Virus record (IMG/VR): IMGVR_UViG_3300026201_000006
Location: 56,063 to 76,062 of that record
DNA length: 20,000 nt
Source: an uncultured virus (IMG/VR IMGVR_UViG_3300026201_000006)
Lineage: Duplodnaviria; Heunggongvirae; Uroviricota; Caudoviricetes
Strand: one strand, 5' to 3'
Below are positions 8,317 to 17,586 of the stretch, piece by piece; position 1 is the stretch's first letter, and the number at the start of each line of letters is the position of its first letter. The notes under the pieces were generated by a model, which was not told the DNA's origin, ran no database searches, and saw only the letters and a program-made list of their open reading frames with translations. The position numbers were made by a program, and so were the translations under genes.

Positions 8317-9653
8317 TGAAAAAAGATACCTTCTGTCCACTTCCTTGGAACTCTATTAACCTAAGAAATAATGGTGATATGAGGATTTGTTGTAATACAA
8401 ATTCATATTCACCTAAAAAAGGTATAATGCGTAAGGAAGATGGTACAATATATAACGCTGGAAAAGATGACTTTAATGAGGCAAGGAACGCTGACATATT
8501 AAAGGAAGTTCGTGCAGCTATGCTAAAAGATGAATGGCATCCTGAATGTGAACGCTGTAGACAAGAAGAGATTAATGGTATTCCATCTCGTCGAGAATAT
8601 GAGAATAACGATTGGGAAATAAAAAAAGAAACAGCTATTCCAATCACAATGGAGGATGGAACTCTTGATGTAGATAAACAACTTATTGAATTCTTTGATA
8701 TACGTTATGGTAATTTCTGTAATCTTAAATGTAGAATGTGTGGACCAACAGATTCTCATATGTGGTATCCTGATTATGTTAAACTAAGTGGTGCAACAAC
8801 ATATAAAGATACTCACACTCGTATAGAACTACATCAAACTCCTACAGGTAAATGGACGACTGATCAATATGATTGGTTTAAAGATGCTCCTATTTACTGG
8901 GATAACTTTGAAAAATATGCACATACAGCAAAAAAACTTTATATTGTCGGCGGTGAACCTCTTATTATTAAAGAACACGAAGAGAGTTTACAACGATTAG
9001 TTGATGGTGGTAATGCGCATAATATCGAAATAGAATATAATTCTAATCTAACAAATGTAACAAACAAATACATGGAGTTATGGTCACAGTTTAAACAGAT
9101 CCGTGTAGGTGCATCTGTTGATGGATATGGAGCTGTATTTGATTATCAACGTACACCAGCTAAATGGGATTCCGTGTATAACCATATGAAAAAGCTAAAT
9201 GACAATCGTGATGTAAATCTAAAATGCTGGTTTACATTTACTGTTACACCATATAATGTATATCATATGCCTGAGTTTATTAAATGGAAATTAGAAGAGA
9301 GTGGATTAGACAGATATAATCCTATTGATGGTTTACGGCCGACTATAACTCAGCATATGTGCCACTCACCAAAATATTATAACATTAAAGTACTTCCTCA
9401 AATGTTGAAAGATGACGTAGAAGATCATTATGAATTGTATAAAGAATGGATGAAAGGTACTGACTATTCAGACAAAGTAAAAAAACATTTCTATCAAGTA
9501 TTAGATAGTACAATAAGATTCATGCAATCAGAAGATTATTCTAAAGATCATTTACAAGGCTTCATTGATATAACAAATCAACTAGATGAGATACGAGGTC
9601 AAGATATAAGAGATATTGTACCACAATACAGAGAAATGTTTGATGCGAACTAA
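8316..9653 (+). CDS. Radical SAM protein with N-terminal twitch-type domain (rSAM-2)
   Basis: FCPLPW...GDMRICC...CERC; CNLKCRMC; GGEP; YNSN; ASVDG. Clear paralog of rSAM-1. Confidence 0.9.
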   Translation: MKKDTFCPLPWNSINLRNNGDMRICCNTNSYSPKKGIMRKEDGTIYNAGKDDFNEARNADILKEVRAAMLKDEWHPECERCRQEEINGIPSRREYENNDWEIKKETAIPITMEDGTLDVDKQLIEFFDIRYGNFCNLKCRMCGPTDSHMWYPDYVKLSGATTYKDTHTRIELHQTPTGKWTTDQYDWFKDAPIYWDNFEKYAHTAKKLYIVGGEPLIIKEHEESLQRLVDGGNAHNIEIEYNSNLTNVTNKYMELWSQFKQIRVGASVDGYGAVFDYQRTPAKWDSVYNHMKKLNDNRDVNLKCWFTFTVTPYNVYHMPEFIKWKLEESGLDRYNPIDGLRPTITQHMCHSPKYYNIKVLPQMLKDDVEDHYELYKEWMKGTDYSDKVKKHFYQVLDSTIRFMQSEDYSKDHLQGFIDITNQLDEIRGQDIRDIVPQYREMFDAN

Positions 9654-10749
9654 ACCATATTGTAAAGCACCCTGGCTAGGCTTAGCTTATGAAGGTACAG
9701 TAGGATGTAAACCCTGCTGTGAATGGAAAGGTGATGTTTTTAAAGGTACATATACAGACTATAAGGATTCTGATTACTTAAAAGACTTTAAACAGTTAAT
9801 GTATGAAGATGAAATTCATCCGGCATGTATTGAGTGTACTAATACCGAAGAGAGAAATATTCCTAATGTTTTATCAAGAAGACAGAAATACGAAGGTTAT
9901 CCTGCAGACTTCAATAGTGAAAACAAAGTAGTAAGATTCGATTATAGACCAGGTAATAAATGTAATTTAATGTGTCGCATGTGTTGGGAAGGTGCATCTA
10001 GCTTGATTGAAGAAGAAAAGGGAGTTGAAGTAATGCACTTAGATACTTCAGATGCTTATGATATAGATTTGTCTAATTGTAAAAAACTTATGATATTAGG
10101 CGGTGAACCTTCTATTGATTTAGAAATAAGAAAGTGGATTGACCATATTAAAGATCTTGATATGTATGTTGGTATAACTACTAATGCAACTAACGCATCT
10201 GATAAATGGTTTAATAAGCTTCACTCTATTACTGGCAAACTTGAAATAACTTTATCTGTTGATGCCGCAGGCCCTGTACAAGAATACCAAAGACATAAAA
10301 GTAATTGGAATGAAATTAAACAAAATATATGGAAATATAAAAAGCATTTTAAGAATTTACAAATTCAATTAACTGCTACTGCTATTAATATGCCAGTGCT
10401 TGATACATGGTGGGATGAGCTGATGGAATTTAATATTCCATTATTCTTTGGTGTTGTATTTTGGCCAGTAGAATATAATCTTGATGCTATACCAGATGAA
10501 TATAAAGATTATCAAATAGCCTGGTTAAAAAGATGGATTGAAAATTATGATGATAGACATCAGCAAACGGGTGAAGTATGGAGAAGAAAAACTCTAGAAG
10601 CTGAAGAAGCTATTAGTATTTTACAAGCCAGCAAATTTGACAAAGAAAAGAATTATGCTTTTAAACATGTTGTAGCTAAACAAGATAAAATTAGAAATCA
10701 AAATATATTAGATTTAGATGACAGATTTGAGGATATAATAAATGAGTAG
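9643..10749 (+). CDS. Radical SAM protein with N-terminal twitch-type domain (rSAM-3)
   Basis: Start moved from TTG 9616 to ATG 9643 (MRTKPYCKAPW), which matches the paralog N-termini and overlaps the upstream stop. PCC...CIEC; CNLMCRMC; GGEP; TTNAT; LSVD. Confidence 0.88.
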   Translation: MRTKPYCKAPWLGLAYEGTVGCKPCCEWKGDVFKGTYTDYKDSDYLKDFKQLMYEDEIHPACIECTNTEERNIPNVLSRRQKYEGYPADFNSENKVVRFDYRPGNKCNLMCRMCWEGASSLIEEEKGVEVMHLDTSDAYDIDLSNCKKLMILGGEPSIDLEIRKWIDHIKDLDMYVGITTNATNASDKWFNKLHSITGKLEITLSVDAAGPVQEYQRHKSNWNEIKQNIWKYKKHFKNLQIQLTATAINMPVLDTWWDELMEFNIPLFFGVVFWPVEYNLDAIPDEYKDYQIAWLKRWIENYDDRHQQTGEVWRRKTLEAEEAISILQASKFDKEKNYAFKHVVAKQDKIRNQNILDLDDRFEDIINE

Positions 10750-11980
10750 ATACGATTATGATGGTAAAGATAATGGTGTAGTATGCATGTATCCTTGGGT
10801 TCATACTACTGTAACAATGGAAAATTCTTTAAGACCATGCTGTGGTATTAGTCTGCGTGGTAGAGGCACTGTAAAACTCGGTGAGAATACTAATGATACC
10901 TTAGAAGATGCATTTAAATGGATGAGAGTAAAGATGCTTGCTGGTGAAAAGATAGAAGAATGTAATGAATGTTATTTAAATGAAGCATCTTACCCAGATA
11001 AAATGCAACCTATGTCTATGCGAGGACAAGCTAATACTGACTATAGATTAGACTTACAAAATTTAGATGAAAATTTTATTGGTTTAAAAGGCATGGAAAT
11101 TAGCCTTGATAATATATGTAATCTTCAATGCAAGATGTGTGACTCAATGTTTTCAAGTAATTTATATAGAAGAGATGAACATCTAATAAACGTAGAATTT
11201 GTATATAATGATAAAGTAACTAATCTTGGAAGTAGAAAACCTACAAAGATTCCTAAACAAAGAATTGAATTTATTAAATCTCTTGGTGTAGATTGGTCCG
11301 AGTTACAGCATCTTAAAATCCTTGGCGGTGAACCATTTTATTCACCTAATTTTGAAAAACTATTAGATCATTTAATAGAAGAAGCTAAACCAGAAAATTT
11401 AAGACTTGAGATTGTAAGTAATTGTACAAATAAAGTCGATGAACGAATAATAGATAAGTTAAATTTATTTAAAGAAATTATTCTTACTTGCTCATTAGAT
11501 GGGTGCAATGATTATAATTCATATCAACGTTGGGGTTCTCCTGGTTGGAAAGAGACATTAGAAATTTATAAATGGTATCATTCTAAAATTTATAAAATGG
11601 TTAAACATCATGTGCATTCAACATATTCATTATTAAATTTAAATGGATTAGCTGGTGATATAGTATGGTTTGCTGAGAATTATCCAGAGTGTAGTGTGTC
11701 AAGATTAATAGTAAAAGATGGTGACTATTGTCCTCATTATGCGCCCGCTGAATATTTAGATTGGTTAGAAGAAGAATGGAGTAAAGTCGAGATGTCAGAT
11801 GATGCTATGTTAAAACTTGATAGTCAAAGACATAAATTATTTAAAAAAGAAGAGTATAACCATAAACGATGGGCAAGATTCAAAGAAAAGATTGTTGCTT
11901 TAGATAAATATTATGATTCAAAATTAGAAGATTATAATCCTGAGCTTGCTGAGTTTATTGAAGAAGGATGGGGATGCTAA
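10742..11980 (+). CDS. Radical SAM protein with N-terminal twitch-type domain (rSAM-4)
   Basis: CMYPW...LRPCC...CNEC; CNLQCKMC; GGEP; SLDG; YQRW. Confidence 0.9.
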   Translation: MSRYDYDGKDNGVVCMYPWVHTTVTMENSLRPCCGISLRGRGTVKLGENTNDTLEDAFKWMRVKMLAGEKIEECNECYLNEASYPDKMQPMSMRGQANTDYRLDLQNLDENFIGLKGMEISLDNICNLQCKMCDSMFSSNLYRRDEHLINVEFVYNDKVTNLGSRKPTKIPKQRIEFIKSLGVDWSELQHLKILGGEPFYSPNFEKLLDHLIEEAKPENLRLEIVSNCTNKVDERIIDKLNLFKEIILTCSLDGCNDYNSYQRWGSPGWKETLEIYKWYHSKIYKMVKHHVHSTYSLLNLNGLAGDIVWFAENYPECSVSRLIVKDGDYCPHYAPAEYLDWLEEEWSKVEMSDDAMLKLDSQRHKLFKKEEYNHKRWARFKEKIVALDKYYDSKLEDYNPELAEFIEEGWGC

Positions 11981-13146
11981 AATGTAAATATGCTTGGGGT
12001 CATTTAGACTTCAAGAAAGGTGGATATGCTCCATGCTTTCGTTTTAAAAGGCATGACTTTGTAGAATCAGGTAGTGATAAACTTCCTTCTGAAGTAATTA
12101 ATAATAGTGACTTTGTAAAGGTTCGTCAGCAACTTCGTAATGGTGTATTTCCAAATGGTTGTATAGATTGTAAAATACAAGAAGAGGCTGGAGTATCTTC
12201 GTATAGAACACGATCACTAGACATTGCTCATATATCTGAACCTGATTATGATAGTGATAATATCTATATAAAAGATTTACAGATCAAAGCAACCCGAGCT
12301 TGTAACTATCAGTGTAGACATTGTGACACAGCATCTAATTCAAGATTCGAATTAACTGGTAGACAATTCCCTGAGATAGAAACAAAATTAAGAAAGGATT
12401 TTCAATTCACACATATATCTACACCTAAAGAAAAGATTCCTGTTCCGGCTACTGAAGTTATTGATGATTTATTTAAAAATGTTATACCGCGTGGAGTAGA
12501 AGGAATAGAATTTTCTGGTGGTGAACCATTCTATACACGAGATATGTATAAACACTTACATAGAATGATAGATGATCCAAACATTGATACGAAAAAGATT
12601 CAACTTATATACAATACAAATATGAGTATCTTAGAATATAAAGGATATAATGTTAAAGATCTTTGGCCGCATTTTAAAGGTGTAAATGTAACAGTATCTA
12701 TGGATGGCACAGGCGATCTGTTTAATTACTTTAGAACTGGGGGAGATTACCAAACAGTTATAAATAATATAAAAGAGATTGCACCATATGTAACTAAGTT
12801 TTTATTTGTGTGTACTACATCATCATATCAGGCTTTTTATATGAATGAAATATATAAAGACTTGTGTGATATAAGAGACTCAATTGATACACCTGCAAAT
12901 ATAAGAGCTACATTTGTTCATTGGCCTCAGGTTATGGATATTGTAAATCTTGAAGAAGATGTCAAGCTTCATTTGTTAGCAAATACAGATGAAAATGATT
13001 TTACAAAAGAATTCTTAAAGAGATTGACAGGTAAAAGAACAATAGATACATATAAGTTTAAAGAACTAGTAAAACTACAAGATGAATTATATGATGTATC
13101 TGCAAAAGAGATGGCTCCTAAAATATGGGATTATGTAAATGCTTGA
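11968..13146 (+). CDS. Radical SAM protein with N-terminal twitch-type domain (rSAM-5); start may be 11974
   Basis: CKYAW...APC...CIDC; CNYQCRHC; SGGEP; YNTN; VSMDG. Confidence 0.88.
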   Translation: MGMLKCKYAWGHLDFKKGGYAPCFRFKRHDFVESGSDKLPSEVINNSDFVKVRQQLRNGVFPNGCIDCKIQEEAGVSSYRTRSLDIAHISEPDYDSDNIYIKDLQIKATRACNYQCRHCDTASNSRFELTGRQFPEIETKLRKDFQFTHISTPKEKIPVPATEVIDDLFKNVIPRGVEGIEFSGGEPFYTRDMYKHLHRMIDDPNIDTKKIQLIYNTNMSILEYKGYNVKDLWPHFKGVNVTVSMDGTGDLFNYFRTGGDYQTVINNIKEIAPYVTKFLFVCTTSSYQAFYMNEIYKDLCDIRDSIDTPANIRATFVHWPQVMDIVNLEEDVKLHLLANTDENDFTKEFLKRLTGKRTIDTYKFKELVKLQDELYDVSAKEMAPKIWDYVNA

Positions 13147-14296
13147 TAATAGATTAGATCAATTAACCATAGAGGTTACATCAAATTGCCAGGCAAAATG
13201 CCCTGGGTGTATACGCCATAAAGTAATTAATTCTGTTACAGATGAAATTGGCGGTCCGCCAAAAAATATTAATATGACATTAGAAGCTCATAACAAATTA
13301 CTTGATGAGGCTTCTCCATTAAAGTATATATCATACGATGGTGGATTTGGTGATTCTCCTCTTCATCCAAAATTTCTAGAGATGATAGAATACGCAGCAA
13401 AGAAAGATATAGAGATGCTTACTATATCTACTAATGCATCTATGCGTAATCCAAAATGGTGGGCAAAACTTGGTGCTATATTAAGTGAGCATTTACCTAC
13501 TGTTGATGGTGTAGATCGTCATAAAATCTTTTTTGATTTAGATGGTGTCGATAATGAAACACAAGAAATGTATAGAATCAATACTAGCTTTGATAAGATT
13601 ATTGCAAATGCAAAAGCATTTATAGGTGCGGGTGGTACTGCATGTTGGAAAATGATTCCATTTGAATTTAATGAACCACTAGAAGAAAGAGCAAAAGAGT
13701 TAGCCACAGAATATGGGTTTGCAGAATTTCATAGAGATAGAGTACAGCGAATAGAACAAGTAGCAAGTAAGTTAGCCATCTTTAAAGCTATGAAAGGTGA
13801 AGATGCAGATTATAAAGATATGCGTGATGCAGAAATCAATTTATCACCTAAGAGTAATTTAGATGAGGTGGCAGAAAAAGCGAAGACACTCATACAAGAT
13901 GTTGAGATTAATCCTGCTTTAAGTGTAGAACAGAATCTAGATAATGCAAAAGAAAAATCTGGTATAGTATGTGAATGGTCTGAAAATGGTATGTGGCAAA
14001 TATCACACGATGGTGGAGTATATAGATGTTGTTGGCATCAGTCTAATTATAACTATTGGACAAGATTAAACTCAGGTGATAAACATGCTTGGGAAAGATT
14101 TATGGATAACTATGACGAGAATTGGAATAATATAAATTATCATACATGGGATGAGATAGTAAATCATCCATTCTTTACAGAAGACTTAGAGAAATCTTGG
14201 TCTAATTCGTATGACGATGAGGTCATGCCTAAATTAAAAGTTTGCACAAAGCGGTGCTCAAAACTAAATGTTGAATTAAGCGAGAGGCTAAGTTAA
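13139..14296 (+). CDS. Radical SAM protein with C-terminal twitch/SPASM-like domain (rSAM-6)
   Basis: N-terminal CQAKCPGC; GGFGD; STNAS; DLDG; C-terminal CEW...ISHDGGVYRCCW...VCTKRC. Confidence 0.85.
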   Translation: MLDNRLDQLTIEVTSNCQAKCPGCIRHKVINSVTDEIGGPPKNINMTLEAHNKLLDEASPLKYISYDGGFGDSPLHPKFLEMIEYAAKKDIEMLTISTNASMRNPKWWAKLGAILSEHLPTVDGVDRHKIFFDLDGVDNETQEMYRINTSFDKIIANAKAFIGAGGTACWKMIPFEFNEPLEERAKELATEYGFAEFHRDRVQRIEQVASKLAIFKAMKGEDADYKDMRDAEINLSPKSNLDEVAEKAKTLIQDVEINPALSVEQNLDNAKEKSGIVCEWSENGMWQISHDGGVYRCCWHQSNYNYWTRLNSGDKHAWERFMDNYDENWNNINYHTWDEIVNHPFFTEDLEKSWSNSYDDEVMPKLKVCTKRCSKLNVELSERLS

Positions 14297-15195
14297 TGAT
14301 TGAGGAAAATATAGTAATATACGGAAGAGGTAAAGCAAAAACAATACCTCATGAAAAAACATATAATATAAAATTAAATATTGATAAATCAGATAAACAT
14401 ATCGGAATAGGCATGTCAGGTGGAATGGATTCAGCCATGTTATTGTGGTTACTTGCATATCATATTGATAAAAATAATTGGGATACAACAATACATCAAT
14501 GGTCGGTCTGCCTTGACGAAAGACCTTTTCAAGTTCATCACGCAAAGAAAGTTATTCAATTTGTAAAAGATTCTTTCCCTAATGTTGAATTTGGAGAGCA
14601 TAGAACTAGCGTAGCCAATTCAATAGAATATGTGGATCATGGTACAGAATTATCATGGGAAATGGCTTATGATTGGAAAATAACAAAATTATTTAACGGT
14701 GTAACACTAAATCCATCAAAACATGAACAACAATATTGGGGTGTAGCATGGGAAAAAAGAGCTTTGAATCGTGATGATGATACTGCTGGTTGGGATGAAG
14801 AAGAAATTAAAGAGATACACCTTCCAATTATTGATAATGAATTTGGACCTGAAGCAAAAGCTTTATGTGGAAAAGAGTGGAATCAAAAAGCAATAGATGA
14901 TTTGTGTGATCAAGGTAGAAAAGTTTCTAATTATAAGTTCTTTGAAAATCTTCCGTTTATACACGATGATAAAAGAATTGTACTAGCTTTATATAAAAAG
15001 TATGGGTTATTATTAGAGCTTGGTCCATTAACAAGAAGTTGTGAAGGACCATGGGAAAGAACAGATGGATTTAAAACAGAATGTAAACGCTGTTGGTGGT
15101 GTATAGAAAAACAATGGGCTACCGCTCATATTTGGAATAATGATCCTAAAGAAGCATTAAAATATTATCCAGGGATTACTGAACCAGGGGTATAA
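14296..15195 (+). CDS. QueC-like PP-loop ATPase with C-terminal 4-Cys site (paralog B)
   Basis: MSGGMDS PP-loop; TRSC-x13-CKRCWWC; TAATG-coupled on both sides. Confidence 0.8.
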   Translation: MIEENIVIYGRGKAKTIPHEKTYNIKLNIDKSDKHIGIGMSGGMDSAMLLWLLAYHIDKNNWDTTIHQWSVCLDERPFQVHHAKKVIQFVKDSFPNVEFGEHRTSVANSIEYVDHGTELSWEMAYDWKITKLFNGVTLNPSKHEQQYWGVAWEKRALNRDDDTAGWDEEEIKEIHLPIIDNEFGPEAKALCGKEWNQKAIDDLCDQGRKVSNYKFFENLPFIHDDKRIVLALYKKYGLLLELGPLTRSCEGPWERTDGFKTECKRCWWCIEKQWATAHIWNNDPKEALKYYPGITEPGV

Positions 15196-16244
15196 TGTAC
15201 AAATACGAAGATATAAAACAGGTTCATCTTGAGCCAACGCAGAAGTGTCAGGCAAGATGTCCAATGTGTGATCGTAATGTGAATGGTGGTAAAGATAATT
15301 ATCATTTAACTAATGCTGATCTATCATTGATGGATGTCAAGATTATGATGCCTGAAGCTTTTGTACGCCAGCTTGAGAACCTCTATATGTGTGGTAATCA
15401 TGGTGATCCGATGATGGCACCTGAAACATTAGAGATATGCCAATGGTTAAAGGAAGTTAATCCGAAGATACGTCTTGCAATGAATACAAATGGTGGTGCA
15501 CGAACACCTGGTTGGTGGAGAGAGTTAGCAAAGGTTGTAGACCATGTAACATTCTCTGTTGATGGTTTAGATGACACTAATCATTTGTATAGACAAGGTG
15601 TTAGTTGGAATAAAGTAGAAGAAAATATGGCCGCCTTTTGTGAAGCAGGTGGTAACGCGAAGTGGGAATTCTTAGTATTTAAACATAACGAACATCAGCT
15701 TGAAGAGGCTGAGTTATGGTCAAAGACATTAGGTGTTAAAACATTTAGTGTAAAGAAATCAGGTAGATATATTTCTAGTGCAACGTTAAAGAAAAAAGAT
15801 TCACATCAATCACAGGACAGACATGAGCAACACACACAACTCTTGGAGCCACCTACTATGGAACGCTTTAAGAACAAGGCAAGCACAACATTTGATGAGA
15901 TTACTAGGAAGTTTGGTTCTATGGATTCTTATCTGGATGTGGCTGACATAGAGCCTAAATGCATAAAGAAAAAAGAGATTTATATTTCAGCTGAGGGATT
16001 TGTATTCCCTTGTTGTTGGACAGCAGGACAAATGTATAAATGGTGGCAAAAACCAGGTGAAGCACAGATATGGGAACACATAGATCAGTACGATATTAAT
16101 GCAATCACTACACCTATAGAAGAAATTATAAATACATTTTTTAATTCAATAGAGGAAGCATGGGAAGTTGGGCCTAACCGATTAAAGGTTTGTGCTCTTA
16201 AATGTAATAAAGCATTTGACCCATTTGCAGCACAATGGCAGTAA
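15195..16244 (+). CDS. Radical SAM protein with C-terminal twitch/SPASM-like domain (rSAM-7)
   Basis: CQARCPMC; GNHGDP; NTNGG; FSVDG; C-terminal PKC...ISAEGFVFPCCW...VCALKC. Paralog of rSAM-6. Confidence 0.9.
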   Translation: MYKYEDIKQVHLEPTQKCQARCPMCDRNVNGGKDNYHLTNADLSLMDVKIMMPEAFVRQLENLYMCGNHGDPMMAPETLEICQWLKEVNPKIRLAMNTNGGARTPGWWRELAKVVDHVTFSVDGLDDTNHLYRQGVSWNKVEENMAAFCEAGGNAKWEFLVFKHNEHQLEEAELWSKTLGVKTFSVKKSGRYISSATLKKKDSHQSQDRHEQHTQLLEPPTMERFKNKASTTFDEITRKFGSMDSYLDVADIEPKCIKKKEIYISAEGFVFPCCWTAGQMYKWWQKPGEAQIWEHIDQYDINAITTPIEEIINTFFNSIEEAWEVGPNRLKVCALKCNKAFDPFAAQWQ

Positions 16245-17368
16245 AAGAATTAAAGTGGAGTGAATATGACTTCGGTCAAATACCTTTTGATGATATAGAA
16301 CATTTTGGTACACGTTCTATGTTGGATAGAGATACATTTACAGTATCTTGGTTACTAGGAAGATTCTGTAATTACCGCTGTTCTTATTGCTGGCCGTATG
16401 CAAGATCAGATAAGAAAGACCATAGACCACTTAAAGCAACTATAGGAACAATAGATGAAATTAAAAGACAAGCAAGGGAAAGGGGGTTTAATTCGTTCCA
16501 CTTTAGCCTCTCTGGTGGAGAGCCAACCTTTCATCCACAGTATTTGGATATTGTACGTCATCTCAATGATGATGTTAGCAGATGTAATTTTCACTCACTT
16601 CACATGACCTCAAATATTTCTCGACCGTTAAAATGGTTCGAGGAATATTATCAAGCATCTAAAGATATGCATCGTGTATCGATTACAGCTTCTTATCATA
16701 GAGAACATGTAAACACACCAAAGAAGGTAAAAGAATTTGCAGACAAATTAGAATTCTGTCAAGAACATAATATACAAGTTACTATTAATATAGTTATGGT
16801 GCCTGAGTTCTTTGAGAAATTTTATGAGGAAGCATTGTACTTTCATAGCAGAGATATAAATGTAACACTTAAACCTCAATCAGATCCTACCGCTTCATTT
16901 GTTGTAGATGGATATACAGATGAACAATTAGCAGTTTTACATAAAGGAATGCCACAACGAGCATACACTCAAGAAAAATCTAAAGTTGATAGACCACATT
17001 ATAAGTGGAGAAACAAAGCAGTAGATAATAGATATGGTAAAGTACCTGCTCACTTTGAAATAGAATTTACAGATAAGCATGGTAAGAAATGGTATATGGA
17101 TCAGGCAGAAAGATTCAATGCATTTAACTTTAATAACTTTAATGGATGGGAATGTTCATCAGGTTATAGAAGTATTATTATACGTGAACCAGATGGTACA
17201 ATCAAAAGAAGTTATTCTTGCCATGATGAACCATTAGGCCAAATAGAAACTGGGTTTAAGTTATATGATGGACCCAAGATATGTACAACAAGTGCTTGTG
17301 TATCTTCAGCCGATAGTAAGATACCTAAACGCAAGCCAGGAAATATGATCCCATTATGGACGCAATAG
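16235..17368 (+). CDS. Radical SAM protein with degenerate C-terminal twitch/SPASM-like region (rSAM-8)
   Basis: CNYRCSYC; SGGEP; MTSN; ASYH; C-terminal ECSSG...DGTIKRSYSC...ICTTSAC. Confidence 0.88.
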   Translation: MAVKELKWSEYDFGQIPFDDIEHFGTRSMLDRDTFTVSWLLGRFCNYRCSYCWPYARSDKKDHRPLKATIGTIDEIKRQARERGFNSFHFSLSGGEPTFHPQYLDIVRHLNDDVSRCNFHSLHMTSNISRPLKWFEEYYQASKDMHRVSITASYHREHVNTPKKVKEFADKLEFCQEHNIQVTINIVMVPEFFEKFYEEALYFHSRDINVTLKPQSDPTASFVVDGYTDEQLAVLHKGMPQRAYTQEKSKVDRPHYKWRNKAVDNRYGKVPAHFEIEFTDKHGKKWYMDQAERFNAFNFNNFNGWECSSGYRSIIIREPDGTIKRSYSCHDEPLGQIETGFKLYDGPKICTTSACVSSADSKIPKRKPGNMIPLWTQ

Positions 17369-17586
17369 AAGAGCTTATAAATACTTTTGATACACGTGAA
17401 CTTCAGTTAGAAGCCGCACGAGTTATAAGTTCGCATAATGCAAACAATATATGGATAAAACAATTTAAAGCAAATCATAACTCAGAGGAATTTTACAAGA
17501 ATGTCATCAGATGGTATATTATTGAGTACGGAGGATTTCCTAGCGAAGTCGAACCCGGAAGTAAAATTAAACTTCTTTACGTTTAA
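17356..17586 (+). CDS. Small hypothetical protein (76 aa)
   Basis: ATG overlaps the end of rSAM-8 like the other coupled genes and fills an otherwise empty gap; no recognisable motif. Confidence 0.6.
   Translation: MDAIEELINTFDTRELQLEAARVISSHNANNIWIKQFKANHNSEEFYKNVIRWYIIEYGGFPSEVEPGSKIKLLYV

Noticed and set aside
7600..15195. Assigning the symbol queC, or calling a 7-deazaguanine DNA modification pathway
   Set aside because: QueC-specific motifs are missing, none of the rSAMs looks like the short QueE type, and no folE, queD or dpdA is in the window.
7671..16594. Short overlapping ORFs at 7671-7859, 8312-8647, 8523-8759, 13519-13707, 14288-14545 and 16406-16594
   Set aside because: Antisense to well-supported enzyme genes, with no recognisable features.
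6177..17368. Naming the radical SAMs as moaA, pqqE, nrdG or anaerobic sulfatase maturase
   Set aside because: Only generic radical SAM and twitch motifs are visible; partner genes and family-specific signatures such as the MoaA C-terminal GG are absent.
12759..17383. Intragenic TATAAATA matches at 12759-12766, 16127-16134 and 17376-17383
   Set aside because: A few matches are expected by chance in AT-rich coding DNA. The latter two lie about 100-120 nt before gene starts and could be real, but cannot be supported from sequence alone.
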